Shown: positions 1 to 7,737, numbered from the stretch's first letter. The stretch is DNA of 24,000 nt from Candidatus Iainarchaeum sp. (GCA_017608575.1 JAFCFP010000001.1:23599-47598), one strand, 5' to 3'. The notes: generated by a model not told the origin, from the letters alone. Made by a program: numbers and translations.

Positions 1-171
1 CTCGGCTTTTGTGTAAGGTCCCACAGCCGCATAGTCCTGTGCTTTTTGGTCAAGTTTTTGCATTGCTGGGCTTCCTTCAAATTTTGGCATTAAGATCCAA
101 ACTGAAAGAATTGAAACAATTGCCATTATTGCAATCATGCCGTCAAGTGTAAAAATAAACCCTTTTTTCAT
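1..171 (-). CDS. Archaeal type IV pilin-like protein (class III signal peptide), N-terminal part only; gene continues past the left edge
   Basis: Not in the ORF track because it is open at the window edge. The reverse strand from ATG 171..169 reads MKKGFIFTLDGMIAIMAIVSILSVWILMPKFEGSPAMQKLDQKAQDYAAVGPYTKAE with no stop to position 1. Short basic leader, then KG, then about 20 hydrophobic residues, the prepilin-peptidase signal pattern. The ATG overlaps the upstream stop (ATGA, 168..171). Confidence 0.6.
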   Translation of the reverse strand, partial: MKKGFIFTLDGMIAIMAIVSILSVWILMPKFEGSPAMQKLDQKAQDYAAVGPYTKAE

Positions 172-677
172 GGAGAACGCCACACCCATATTTTTAGTTT
201 TTCTTCAGAGCAACCGTTTTTGAAACAGTTTTCCATTTCTGCTTTTGTCATTGCTCCATTGTGAGTTATTATTTTCCTTTCCTCAGAGTAATAAAAAGGC
301 GTGTTTGCCTCATTGAGCGGAGCACTCTGCCAGGTGTTTGCTCCAATTGTTGCCTTGAATTCGAATTCTGCTGGAATCAAGAGGTTTGCTTTTGCGTTTA
401 CACCTGAAAGCTTTGAGTTTAATTTTGTTAAGTCAAGGCAGTTTATTGCATTGTAGAGCATTGTTCCACTTAAATCCTGCACTTCGCACGTGAATTCCTC
501 GCTGTCTGTGAGCACAACGCTGGCAGTTCTTCCAATTCTTTGAAGCTCGTTGAATAATTCCTCTTGTTTCATTCTGTAATTGTTTGCCTCTGAAATTCTT
601 ACAAGCAATCCAAGTGCAAGTATTACCAGCACTATTGAAAAAATGAAATCAAGGCTTATTATTTGTCCTTTTTTCAT
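168..677 (-). CDS. Archaeal type IV pilin-like protein (class III signal peptide)
   Basis: 169 aa. N-terminus MKKG/QIISLDFIFSIVLVILALGLLV is a basic leader, a Gly at -1 and a hydrophobic helix. The remainder is a soluble domain with 4 Cys. Second of three tandem genes of the same type; 4-nt gap to the upstream gene. Confidence 0.7.
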   Translation of the reverse strand: MKKGQIISLDFIFSIVLVILALGLLVRISEANNYRMKQEELFNELQRIGRTASVVLTDSEEFTCEVQDLSGTMLYNAINCLDLTKLNSKLSGVNAKANLLIPAEFEFKATIGANTWQSAPLNEANTPFYYSEERKIITHNGAMTKAEMENCFKNGCSEEKLKIWVWRSP

Positions 678-681
678 ACAA

Positions 682-1101
682 TCACGTATAATTTATTTGA
701 AGGAGTTCACCGCTTTTAGCGCTTGTTGGTGAGACACCAGCAGGCTTTACAAAGGGCACGAGTTCTTCTATTTTTTTGCTTCCATCATAAGCTGTTACTT
801 TTATGAAATTTGGGCGGATTTCCACAGTGCAGGGAATTTTTCCTGCTTTTCCGAGAACTTTTAGGAAGGGAATTCTAAAGTGCACTTTTCCCTTTGCTTC
901 TTGTTGGTCGAGTATTGAGCTTGTTCCAATTATTCCTGCTGTTGCTTCTGCTATTTTTCTTTCCTGGTTTCTTAAATGGATTTCTTTTTGGTATTCAATG
1001 AATTGCATTGATGCAGTTGCCAGAACTATTGCTATTGAAAAAAGAGCAACAATGGTGAAAAGAAACTCAATGCTTATCTGTCCTTTTCGTGCAGTTTGCA
1101 T
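682..1101 (-). CDS. Archaeal type IV pilin-like protein (class III signal peptide, DUF361-like QxSxE motif)
   Basis: 139 aa. MQTARKG/QISIEFLFTIVALFSIAIVLA has Gln +1, Ser +3 and Glu +5 after the predicted cleavage Gly, as in euryarchaeal EppA-type pilin substrates. First gene of the three-gene pilin cluster. Confidence 0.7.
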   Translation of the reverse strand: MQTARKGQISIEFLFTIVALFSIAIVLATASMQFIEYQKEIHLRNQERKIAEATAGIIGTSSILDQQEAKGKVHFRIPFLKVLGKAGKIPCTVEIRPNFIKVTAYDGSKKIEELVPFVKPAGVSPTSAKSGELLQINYT

Positions 1102-1124
1102 GTTAGTTATAATGAAAAAGGAAG

Positions 1125-1135
1125 TATTTAAACAT
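1125..1135 (-). promoter_or_regulatory. Candidate TATA box (ATGTTTAAATA on - strand) for the pilin gene cluster
   Basis: The AT-rich TTTAAATA element is centred about 29 nt upstream of ATG 1101 and overlaps the apgM stop codon. The spacing fits a leaderless or near-leaderless archaeal transcript. It resembles the GGTTTAAATA cores seen elsewhere in the window. Confidence 0.4.
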
Positions 1136-2372
1136 AGCGGGGTTTTAGTTTTGAAATTCTTTTAATTTCCTGCATTAGTTTTATTCCTTGGATTCTGCCA
1201 AGGTTTCCTTTGATGCATTCCCTTTCATTGAAGTGTTTTATTTTTTCATTGCCCAGGAAGAGTCCTTTTCGCCAGATGACCACTGGCACTGGGTCAGCTG
1301 AATGGTCTTTTTTGGAGCAAGGCGTGGAATGGTCTGCTGTTAATGCAATGGTTGTGTTGTTCAATGAAAGCAATGGTTTTATTGCTGCATCAATCTTTTC
1401 AATGAATTTTTTCTTGCCTTTGCAGTCTCCATCGTGTCCGAAAATATCAGTGCCTTTAATGTGGACAAAAACAAAATTGCAATTGCTGTTGATTTCTTTT
1501 ATTGCGCGTGCAATTTTTGCCTTAATGTTTGTGTTTGGGGTACCGGTGGCGCCTTTCACTTCAATAACCTTCATTCCAACCAATGCAGCAACCCCTTTGT
1601 ACAGGCCGCCTCCAGCAATACAACAGGCTTTAAGGTGGTGTTTTTCTTTAAAGCTTTTCAGTTTTTTCATTTGGCCTGCTCCGCGGGTGAGCACAAAGTT
1701 CGCTGGTGGTAATCCCTTTTTAATGCGTTCTTTGTTGAGTGGATGCTTTAACAGTTTTTTGTGGGCTTTTTCAAGAAATTCATTCAATACTTCCGCTGTA
1801 AAAATTGCTTTCTTTGTTTTATTCAATGGCTTTACTTTTTGCACTTTTTTGCCTTCTTTGTGTGGGTCACTGTCCGAAACCTTGGCACTCAAGCCAGGGC
1901 CATGCATTACAATTGCTACTCTGTGAGAAGTACCGGCTTTCACTGAAAAGTGAATTCCCCGAATTTTCATTCCATTAAGGCTTTTTGCCAGTTTTTTCAC
2001 ATTTTTTATTCTTCCAGCCCTCCTGTCCAATATTTTCCACTCTTGGTCAACTGTTGCCATATTGCCTCTAAATGCCACATCACCATGCTTTAAATGCATT
2101 TTAATGCCTAAAGCTTCAATTGGGCCCCTGCCAATATAGTTTTTTTTGAATTCATAGCCGAATAAAGCCAAATGACCACGGTCAGAGCTAGGGATAATGC
2201 CTTTTTCAAGCACGTTCATTATGCCAGTAAAACCGTTTTTTGCCATTTTATCCATGTTTGGAGTTTTTGCTGCTTCCAATGGTGTTTTTTTGTTTAATTC
2301 TTTTGAGGGCAAGTCGCCCATGCCATCGCACACAATGAGTATTATTTTTGTTTTCAGTCTATTGTTTGCCAT
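1128..2372 (-). CDS. apgM: 2,3-bisphosphoglycerate-independent phosphoglycerate mutase, archaeal type
   Basis: 414 aa. N-terminal IILIVCDGMGDLP metal-site motif and C-terminal LTADHSTPCSKKDHSADPVPVVIW, typical of archaeal ApgM (alkaline phosphatase superfamily). Confidence 0.9.
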   Translation of the reverse strand: MANNRLKTKIILIVCDGMGDLPSKELNKKTPLEAAKTPNMDKMAKNGFTGIMNVLEKGIIPSSDRGHLALFGYEFKKNYIGRGPIEALGIKMHLKHGDVAFRGNMATVDQEWKILDRRAGRIKNVKKLAKSLNGMKIRGIHFSVKAGTSHRVAIVMHGPGLSAKVSDSDPHKEGKKVQKVKPLNKTKKAIFTAEVLNEFLEKAHKKLLKHPLNKERIKKGLPPANFVLTRGAGQMKKLKSFKEKHHLKACCIAGGGLYKGVAALVGMKVIEVKGATGTPNTNIKAKIARAIKEINSNCNFVFVHIKGTDIFGHDGDCKGKKKFIEKIDAAIKPLLSLNNTTIALTADHSTPCSKKDHSADPVPVVIWRKGLFLGNEKIKHFNERECIKGNLGRIQGIKLMQEIKRISKLKPRYV

Positions 2373-2734
2373 TCCAATTCCCTTCCCTTTGAGTCAAAAA
2401 GCCTTGCATTGTTAATAGTGAATGGATACGAGATAATTAAATGAATTTCCCCTGTTTTTGGAAAAACCCTTAAATCTGCTCTTGAAGGAAAATTGCTCCC
2501 GCTTGGATGCGAGTGAACGCTTCCTTTTATTGAAAAATCCACTGGCACTAAGTCAAGCCTGAAAGAAGCGTGCTCTTTTCCATAAAGGCTTGGAATCATT
2601 ACAATTTCATCAATGATTGAATTTTTTTTAGTGCTTCCAAGCAATGCAAAAAATTCGTTTGGATACAGGTTTTTTGCTGCTTTGCTTATTGCTTCAAGGG
2701 TTGCACGTTTTATTTTAACACATTTTTCTGCCAT
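2354..2734 (-). CDS. JAB1/MPN/Mov34 (JAMM) metalloprotease, stand-alone
   Basis: 126 aa with a complete JAMM signature: upstream Glu (PNEFFALLG), then HSHPSGSNFPSRAD (HxHx7Sx2D). The 3' end overlaps the apgM start by 19 nt. Confidence 0.85.
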   Translation of the reverse strand: MAEKCVKIKRATLEAISKAAKNLYPNEFFALLGSTKKNSIIDEIVMIPSLYGKEHASFRLDLVPVDFSIKGSVHSHPSGSNFPSRADLRVFPKTGEIHLIISYPFTINNARLFDSKGRELEWQTID

Positions 2735-2795
2735 ACTAAAATTAAAAGCAATTAATTAAAAAACAGCTGTTATTTGCATAACACACTGCAAAGAG

Positions 2796-3983
2796 TCAAA
2801 TTCCCAAATAAATCAGTATTGTTGGAATCATTAAAAAAGCCATGCAGTTTGTTCTTTTCACTTTTGCGGAAATGCAGTAATACCCTATTGCAGTGCTTGT
2901 GGTCATTACAATCACTCCAGTTAAACCGCTTAACACAAAAACAAGCACTAACAGGAAAAAAAGAACGCTTTCATTTAGCATTGAATAGGGAATTGAATTG
3001 ATTCTTTTAAAGAACCATTTTCCAATCATTATTGTTGCAATAACCGAAAAACCCATGGCAATAAGCGTTGAAGCAACAATTAAAAGCATGTGTGTTTCTT
3101 TCAATGCAATTGCTTCCTTTAATGCAGCGGCAATTCCAGTGCGGGTTTTTCCCAGTGCAAAAAGAACAAAAAAAGAAAAAATTAAATTAACCGTGTTAAT
3201 TGCCCCAAGCAACACCAAGTATTGTTCTGTGTTAATCCTCCCAATGAATTTTTTCACAAGGAATGCTGCTTGAGCTGGCCCCAGGCTTGGCATTATTGAA
3301 ACAGTGCTTCCAGCAATAACACCAAGAAGTGAGCCCTGCAATACATTCTTTTTTTTCAATTTTTCTGCTTCCAATGACTGCCTTTTTGGAGCAGGGCTTT
3401 CTTTTAATGATTTAAGGAGCGCGCTGACTGCAAAAAAACCCATAACCATTGGCGCAAGCGGGTTCTTTAAAGCATTCTCCCTTAACACTATAACTCCAAG
3501 TAATCCGCTTAAAATTATTACAATTGTTGCTTTTAATTTGTGGTTTTTTTCGGATAAAACCATTAAAAAAAGCACTCCAATTAAAGCAAAAGGGATTATT
3601 GAAGGCAGCATTGATTCAATTTTTGAAACAAAAGAAAAAAAGAAGAACGATGAAAGCAAAGCAATTATGCCGCCAAACAACCCGCCTCCAATACTCAGCA
3701 TTAATGCCCTATAGCCCTTGCCTCTTAACAAATACCTGTGCCCTGGCAAGACAGCCAAAAAGCTTTCAGAGTCAGGCGCGCCAAGCGCAATGCTTGGAAT
3801 AAAATCCACAAATGAATGGGTTATCCCCATTGAAACAATTAATGCAATTGCTTTTTCGCTTTCAGCAAACGGCAAAAGCAGGAATAATGCTGCAAGTGTG
3901 TTTGCGTGAATTCCTGGAATAATTCCAGTAATGCTTCCAATCAAGCAACCAGCCAGCACAAAGAACAATAATTCTATTGCCAT
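2796..3983 (-). CDS. Polytopic membrane protein, DUF112 / TctA-like permease family
   Basis: 395 aa, almost entirely hydrophobic helices. The N-terminus LAGCLIGSITGIIPGIHANTLAALFL and the repeated G-rich helices resemble the archaeal DUF112 (TctA subunit-like) family. Family assignment is by eye. Confidence 0.6.
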   Translation of the reverse strand: MAIELLFFVLAGCLIGSITGIIPGIHANTLAALFLLLPFAESEKAIALIVSMGITHSFVDFIPSIALGAPDSESFLAVLPGHRYLLRGKGYRALMLSIGGGLFGGIIALLSSFFFFSFVSKIESMLPSIIPFALIGVLFLMVLSEKNHKLKATIVIILSGLLGVIVLRENALKNPLAPMVMGFFAVSALLKSLKESPAPKRQSLEAEKLKKKNVLQGSLLGVIAGSTVSIMPSLGPAQAAFLVKKFIGRINTEQYLVLLGAINTVNLIFSFFVLFALGKTRTGIAAALKEAIALKETHMLLIVASTLIAMGFSVIATIMIGKWFFKRINSIPYSMLNESVLFFLLVLVFVLSGLTGVIVMTTSTAIGYYCISAKVKRTNCMAFLMIPTILIYLGI

Positions 3984-4339
3984 ATTTTCTCAGCAATAAT
4001 TTCAATTTCTCCAAGGTATTCTTTTACGGTTCCTTTCACTGAAACAATTTTTCCAGTTTCAATTTCCTTATTTGCGGGTTTGTCTCCAAATTCAACCACT
4101 TTAATTGAATTGCCATCATTCAATCCGAATAAGAGAATTTTCTCCCCGCAATGCATCCAAGCAATTGTTCCACGCACGCAAACGCGTTCTCCAAGCATTT
4201 CCCTTCCAATGTCCTTAACCCGCACAAAACTGCATTCAGCTGAATAAGAATAATAAAAAAGGAAAACTATTCCAATTACGCTTACAAAAAACGCCAAGCG
4301 CTCCAACCATTGCTCTCCTAGCATTGAAAAAATTTGCAT
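3974..4339 (-). CDS. Membrane-anchored OB-fold (tRNA_anti-like nucleic-acid-binding) protein
   Basis: 121 aa. One N-terminal TM helix (LAFFVSVIGIVFLFYY) is followed by an OB pattern: VCVRGTIAWMH..ILLFGLNDGNSIKVVEF..ETGKIVSVKGTVKEYLGEIEIIAEKI. The 3' end overlaps the next gene by 10 nt. Confidence 0.6.
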   Translation of the reverse strand: MQIFSMLGEQWLERLAFFVSVIGIVFLFYYSYSAECSFVRVKDIGREMLGERVCVRGTIAWMHCGEKILLFGLNDGNSIKVVEFGDKPANKEIETGKIVSVKGTVKEYLGEIEIIAEKIWQ

Positions 4340-4357
4340 TGAAAAAAATTAAAATAA

Positions 4358-4924
4358 TTACTGCTCTTTTGCTTTTCCAATTACTGCAACTGGCTCTTTT
4401 TTGAAAAATTTTCTTGACACGTGCACTTCAACCAATTCCCCTTTTTTGTAGGGCTTATTGGTTGCAACCACATATTTGCCTTCTTTAATCCCTGAAAAAA
4501 TATCAAACGGAATTTCCACTGCCGCGTTTTCTTTATCGCTTAAAATCACTCTTCCAACCACTGGCCTTTTTCCAATAAATGCCCTGAAAAAAAACACAAA
4601 CCCAAAAAGTGAAGCCATTAAAACAAGCATTGATTGAAAAACATTAAGCATGTTTTCTGTTGCAAAAACAACAAAAACGGAAAACTGAATTATTAAAAAC
4701 AACACTCCGAATAAGATAGCAAAAGCGGTTTTGTCTTTATTGAACACCCTTGCAATTCCGAATGCAAGCACAGCCAAATAAAAAATTGAAAGAATTACTT
4801 CATTGAATAAAAGGAATGCTGTTCCTGCCTGAAACCTGAAAAGCCCCATTAAAACCATTGCCACAAGCAAAACTTCCAAGATGGCGAAAACAATCCTTTT
4901 ATTGACAGTATTCGCAATATTCAT
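4358..4924 (-). CDS. Hypothetical membrane protein (about 5 TM helices plus a C-terminal beta-rich soluble domain)
   Basis: 188 aa with clear hydrophobic helices. The C-terminal part GRVILSDKENAAVEIPFD..KYVVATNKPYKKGELVEVHV looks like a small beta-barrel (NfeD/OB-like). No catalytic motif recognised. Its start codon directly abuts the macro-domain gene stop. Confidence 0.55.
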   Translation of the reverse strand: MNIANTVNKRIVFAILEVLLVAMVLMGLFRFQAGTAFLLFNEVILSIFYLAVLAFGIARVFNKDKTAFAILFGVLFLIIQFSVFVVFATENMLNVFQSMLVLMASLFGFVFFFRAFIGKRPVVGRVILSDKENAAVEIPFDIFSGIKEGKYVVATNKPYKKGELVEVHVSRKFFKKEPVAVIGKAKEQ

Positions 4925-5443
4925 TTAATTCCCTTTTAATTCACTCCATTTCTCTTTAAAAACCTCAAGGTCTCTTGTACTAAAAAGAACCACTTTTGCC
5001 TTTTTAAGATTTTTTGGTTTTAGTGATGCAAATTCTTTTAAAGCGGAAAGAATTGCAATTGCACCTTTTTCAATTTCCAATCCAGCAATGCCACAGCCAA
5101 GAGCAGGAAAAGCAATGCTTTTGCATTTTAATTCCTCGGCTTTAATAAGGCAATTCGTTGTAGCTTTTTTCACTGACTCCATTGTTGCCTTGAAATTGCC
5201 ATAATGGGGTTGCGCTGCAGCATGGAAAACAAATCTTGCGTTAAGTTTTCCAGCAGTTGTTGCAATTACGCTGCCTAACGGAATTGGTGCGTGCTTTAAT
5301 GCTTTTATTTCAATTTCAATTCCGCCCCTTTTTTTAAGCATTGCAGCAACACCGCCGCCCATTTCAAGGGAAGTGCCAGCAGCGTTCACCAAAACATCTG
5401 CTTTTTCTGTTGAAAGGTCTCCTTTTTTTATTTCAATATCCAT
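4925..5443 (-). CDS. Macro domain protein (ADP-ribose / O-acetyl-ADP-ribose binding or hydrolysing)
   Basis: MDIEIKKGDLSTEKADVLVNAAGTSLEMGGGVA...FVFHAAA...IAFPALGCGIAG matches the stand-alone archaeal macro domain (AF1521 type). The track start at 5461 is a TTG; I prefer ATG 5443. Confidence 0.85.
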   Translation of the reverse strand: MDIEIKKGDLSTEKADVLVNAAGTSLEMGGGVAAMLKKRGGIEIEIKALKHAPIPLGSVIATTAGKLNARFVFHAAAQPHYGNFKATMESVKKATTNCLIKAEELKCKSIAFPALGCGIAGLEIEKGAIAILSALKEFASLKPKNLKKAKVVLFSTRDLEVFKEKWSELKGN

Positions 5444-6029
5444 GTCTTTCAATCCATGCAAGTGCTTTTTTGTGCAATGCTACTGCAATCCGGCCGGCTT
5501 CTTCAAGGCTTGAACCCATTGCAATAAATCCATGGTTTTTCATTTGCACTAATTTGTTTTTTCCAAGCACTTTTAAAACCTCGTTTTTCAATTCAATTGT
5601 TCCATAGGGTTGCTCTTTTATTGTTTCCACTAATCCAAACTCTTTTGCATGTTTTGTTACAATGCTGTTATGGCCGTGGAGTATTGCGTTTACGTCTTTT
5701 CTTGCGCCATAAATTCCAGCATGCAGGAATGCCTCACTTGAAGGCTTCATTTCTCCAATTGCTTTAACTGTCTGGTTTTTTTCACTCACTTCAATTACTT
5801 CCACTAATTCTTTTTCCGTAAGCCTTGAAAAGTCTTGACCGCTTGGCGTAATAAGAAAACCCCTTTTTGTTCTGCACGAAATATTGCCAGCTATTTTGCC
5901 CTCAGGAGAAGCAATTCCCATTTTATAAAAAGCATTGCACCATTTAAGCAGTTCTTTTGCTTTTTCAAGTTCCTTGTTGCCGCTTAAAAGTTTTACTGAA
6001 AATTTTATTCCAGTGTATTTTTCAGACAT
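5433..6029 (-). CDS. Class II aldolase/adducin-family protein (MtnB / Ald2-like)
   Basis: 198 aa. GNISCRTKRGFLITPSG, PSSEAFLHAGIY and VNAILHGHN are the class II aldolase metal and phosphate motifs. The ATG overlaps the mtnA-like stop by 1 nt (TAATG at 6027..6031). Confidence 0.8.
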   Translation of the reverse strand: MSEKYTGIKFSVKLLSGNKELEKAKELLKWCNAFYKMGIASPEGKIAGNISCRTKRGFLITPSGQDFSRLTEKELVEVIEVSEKNQTVKAIGEMKPSSEAFLHAGIYGARKDVNAILHGHNSIVTKHAKEFGLVETIKEQPYGTIELKNEVLKVLGKNKLVQMKNHGFIAMGSSLEEAGRIAVALHKKALAWIERHGY

Positions 6030-7069
6030 TAAAAAAGCCTCTTTATTGCCTTCTTTTTGGGCTTAATTATTCCCTTTTCTGTAATAATGCCCTTAATGTA
6101 TTTTGCTTTTGTTACATCAAATGCTACATTGAATGCCCGGCTTTTCTTTGGAGCAATTCTCTGTTTTCCAATAAAAAGAACCTCTCTTTCAGGTCTTTCC
6201 TCTATGACAATTTTTTTTCCATTTTTTGTGTTTGGATCAAAAGTACTTGTAGGAGCAGCAACATAAAACGGAATACTGTTTTCTTTTGCAAGAACCGCTT
6301 TCTCATAAGTGCCAATCTTGTTCGCTGTGTCTCCATTGGCTGCAATTCTGTCAGCTCCAACAATGCAGAGATCAATTTTTCCCTCACTCATGTAATAACC
6401 AGCAGCATTATCTGCAATAATTCTGTGCGGAATGCCCTCGTTTGCAAGCTCCCATGCAGTGAGCTTTGCTCCCTGCAGCCTCGGCCTTGTTTCATCAACA
6501 AACACAAAAACAATTTTGCCATTTCTTTTGGCTGCATAAACCGGCGCCAAAGCCGAACCCCAGTCAAGCAATGCAAGCCAGCCAGCATTGCAGTGAGTGA
6601 GCATTCTTGTGCCATTTTTCAACAGTTTTTCTCCGTGCTTTCCAATTTTTTTGCCTCGCTCGCAATATTCACTGCTTATTTTTTCAGCCTCTTTTATTGC
6701 TGAAATTTTTGCCTTTCTTGGGTTTTTTTCTTGAATTGCAAAATCAATCCTTTCAATTGCCCAAAACAAGTCATGCGCTGTTGGTCTTGTGTGGCGGAGC
6801 CTGTAAAAAGCCCTTTCAATAAACTGTTTGAAGTTTTTTGGTTTTGCTTCAAGCACTGCCTGCATTGCGCCAAAGGCAGCGGTTGCACCAATTGAACCAG
6901 CTCCCCGCACTGCCATGTTTTCAATTGCTTTTACTGTTTGTTTGTGGTTTTTTAATGAAATTATTTTGAATTTTTTTGGCAGCAAGCGCTGGTCAATCAT
7001 TTTAACAGTGCTGTTTTGTCTCCAGACAGCGCGAAACCACTTTTTTTCTTTACCTTGTTTTACAAGCAT
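6029..7069 (-). CDS. mtnA: eIF-2B alpha/beta/delta-related sugar-phosphate isomerase (methylthioribose-1-phosphate isomerase-like)
   Basis: WRQNSTVKMIDQRLLPKKF...VKAIENMAVRGAGSIGATAAFG and ...CIVGADRIAANGDTANKIGTY are typical of the MtnA / ribose-1,5-bisphosphate isomerase family. The track ORF extends to 7228, but those 53 codons overlap rpl15e and look non-protein-like, so I start at ATG 7069. Confidence 0.8.
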   Translation of the reverse strand: MLVKQGKEKKWFRAVWRQNSTVKMIDQRLLPKKFKIISLKNHKQTVKAIENMAVRGAGSIGATAAFGAMQAVLEAKPKNFKQFIERAFYRLRHTRPTAHDLFWAIERIDFAIQEKNPRKAKISAIKEAEKISSEYCERGKKIGKHGEKLLKNGTRMLTHCNAGWLALLDWGSALAPVYAAKRNGKIVFVFVDETRPRLQGAKLTAWELANEGIPHRIIADNAAGYYMSEGKIDLCIVGADRIAANGDTANKIGTYEKAVLAKENSIPFYVAAPTSTFDPNTKNGKKIVIEERPEREVLFIGKQRIAPKKSRAFNVAFDVTKAKYIKGIITEKGIIKPKKKAIKRLF

Positions 7070-7107
7070 ATTGTTAGAATTAGTTGGAAAAACAATTTTA
7101 AGGCATT

Positions 7108-7689
7108 CTACTTTTTCTTTCGCGCTTTTTCTGCACCTTTGCCTTTTCTGCGTAAGCCGCGGTATTTTTTCCCCGCGCTTGTTAGACCGCGGTGGGCTCT
7201 GCCCCTGTGTTGTTTTTCGGTGATCCATTTTAGTTCCTTGTCGGAGAGAATTTCCGGAGCACTCGTATCAACCAATATTACTTCATAGTACTTGCTTTTG
7301 CCGTCTTCTCCTACAAGGTATGAATTCAGCACTTCACAGTTTGGGAATTTTCTTGCAGCTTTTTCTTCAGCAATTGCTTGAATGTTTTTTTTCCTTGTAA
7401 GCTTTTTTACTCCCATTCTTTTGGGTCTTCTTCCACTTTTTGGTCTTACATGCGCTCCAGAGCCCTTTCTTGCCTTAACCCTTGCTACAATTATTCCTTT
7501 TTTTGCTTTATAGCCAAGCTCGCGTGCCCTGGCAATGTTTGTTGGCTTTTCAATTCTTTCAACAGTGTGAGTCTGTTTTCTGAATTCAATGAGTCTTTTT
7601 CTGTACAATTCCTTGTAGTCAATGCTGTTTGTTTTTTCTCCTTTGAATTCCTTTTGGAATGTCTGTTTAACGAATTTCATTGCACCCAT
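7108..7689 (-). CDS. rpl15e: 50S ribosomal protein L15e
   Basis: MGAMKFVKQTFQKE...RIEKPTNIARARELGYKAKKGIIVARVKARKGSG...HRGLTSAGKKYRGL is unmistakably L15e. The track start at 7707 is a TTG; ATG 7689 is preceded by GGTGG. Confidence 0.92.
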   Translation of the reverse strand: MGAMKFVKQTFQKEFKGEKTNSIDYKELYRKRLIEFRKQTHTVERIEKPTNIARARELGYKAKKGIIVARVKARKGSGAHVRPKSGRRPKRMGVKKLTRKKNIQAIAEEKAARKFPNCEVLNSYLVGEDGKSKYYEVILVDTSAPEILSDKELKWITEKQHRGRAHRGLTSAGKKYRGLRRKGKGAEKARKKK

Positions 7690-7708
7690 TTTTCCACCAA
7701 AACTCAAA

Positions 7709-7737
7709 GCATTGCAAAAAGAGGTTAAAACCTTTAC
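7709..7737. promoter_or_regulatory. Divergent promoter region between rpl15e and the tRNA thiolase gene
   Basis: GCATTGCAAAAAGAGGTTAAAACCTTTAC. The - strand reads AAAGGTTTTAAC about 35-45 nt upstream of the rpl15e ATG. The + strand resembles the GCATTGCAAAGGTTTAAA promoter at 14424. The core GGTT-AA-AACC is a near-palindrome, so it may act as a bidirectional TATA. Confidence 0.4.

Noticed and set aside
803-2415. + strand ORFs (803..1165, 1210..1926, 1434..1712, 1761..1946, 2197..2415) opposite the pilin and apgM genes
   Set aside because: These are shadow ORFs antisense to well-supported genes. They have F/L/S/C-rich low-information translations and no motifs.
2774-3909. + strand ORFs opposite the DUF112-like membrane gene
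   Set aside because: They are antisense shadows of a hydrophobic-protein gene with no start-site signals.
4925-5443. Macro domain as a DarG-like antitoxin or defence-system component
   Set aside because: It is a short stand-alone macro domain of the housekeeping archaeal type. It has no DarT-like or other toxin/effector partner, and its neighbours are metabolic and membrane genes.
7070-7228. N-terminal 53 codons of the track ORF 6029..7228 (MDHRKTTQGQSPPRSNKRGEK...)
   Set aside because: This stretch overlaps the 3' end of rpl15e in another frame and has atypical composition. The family-typical N-terminus begins at the internal ATG 7069, so it is treated as an upstream extension artefact.
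5341-7288. + and - strand alternative-frame ORFs across the aldolase/mtnA/rpl15e region (e.g. 5957..6703, 6202..6387, 6388..6615, 6694..6924, 6828..7223)
   Set aside because: They overlap genes with strong family signatures, and their translations are Cys/Phe/Leu-rich nonsense.
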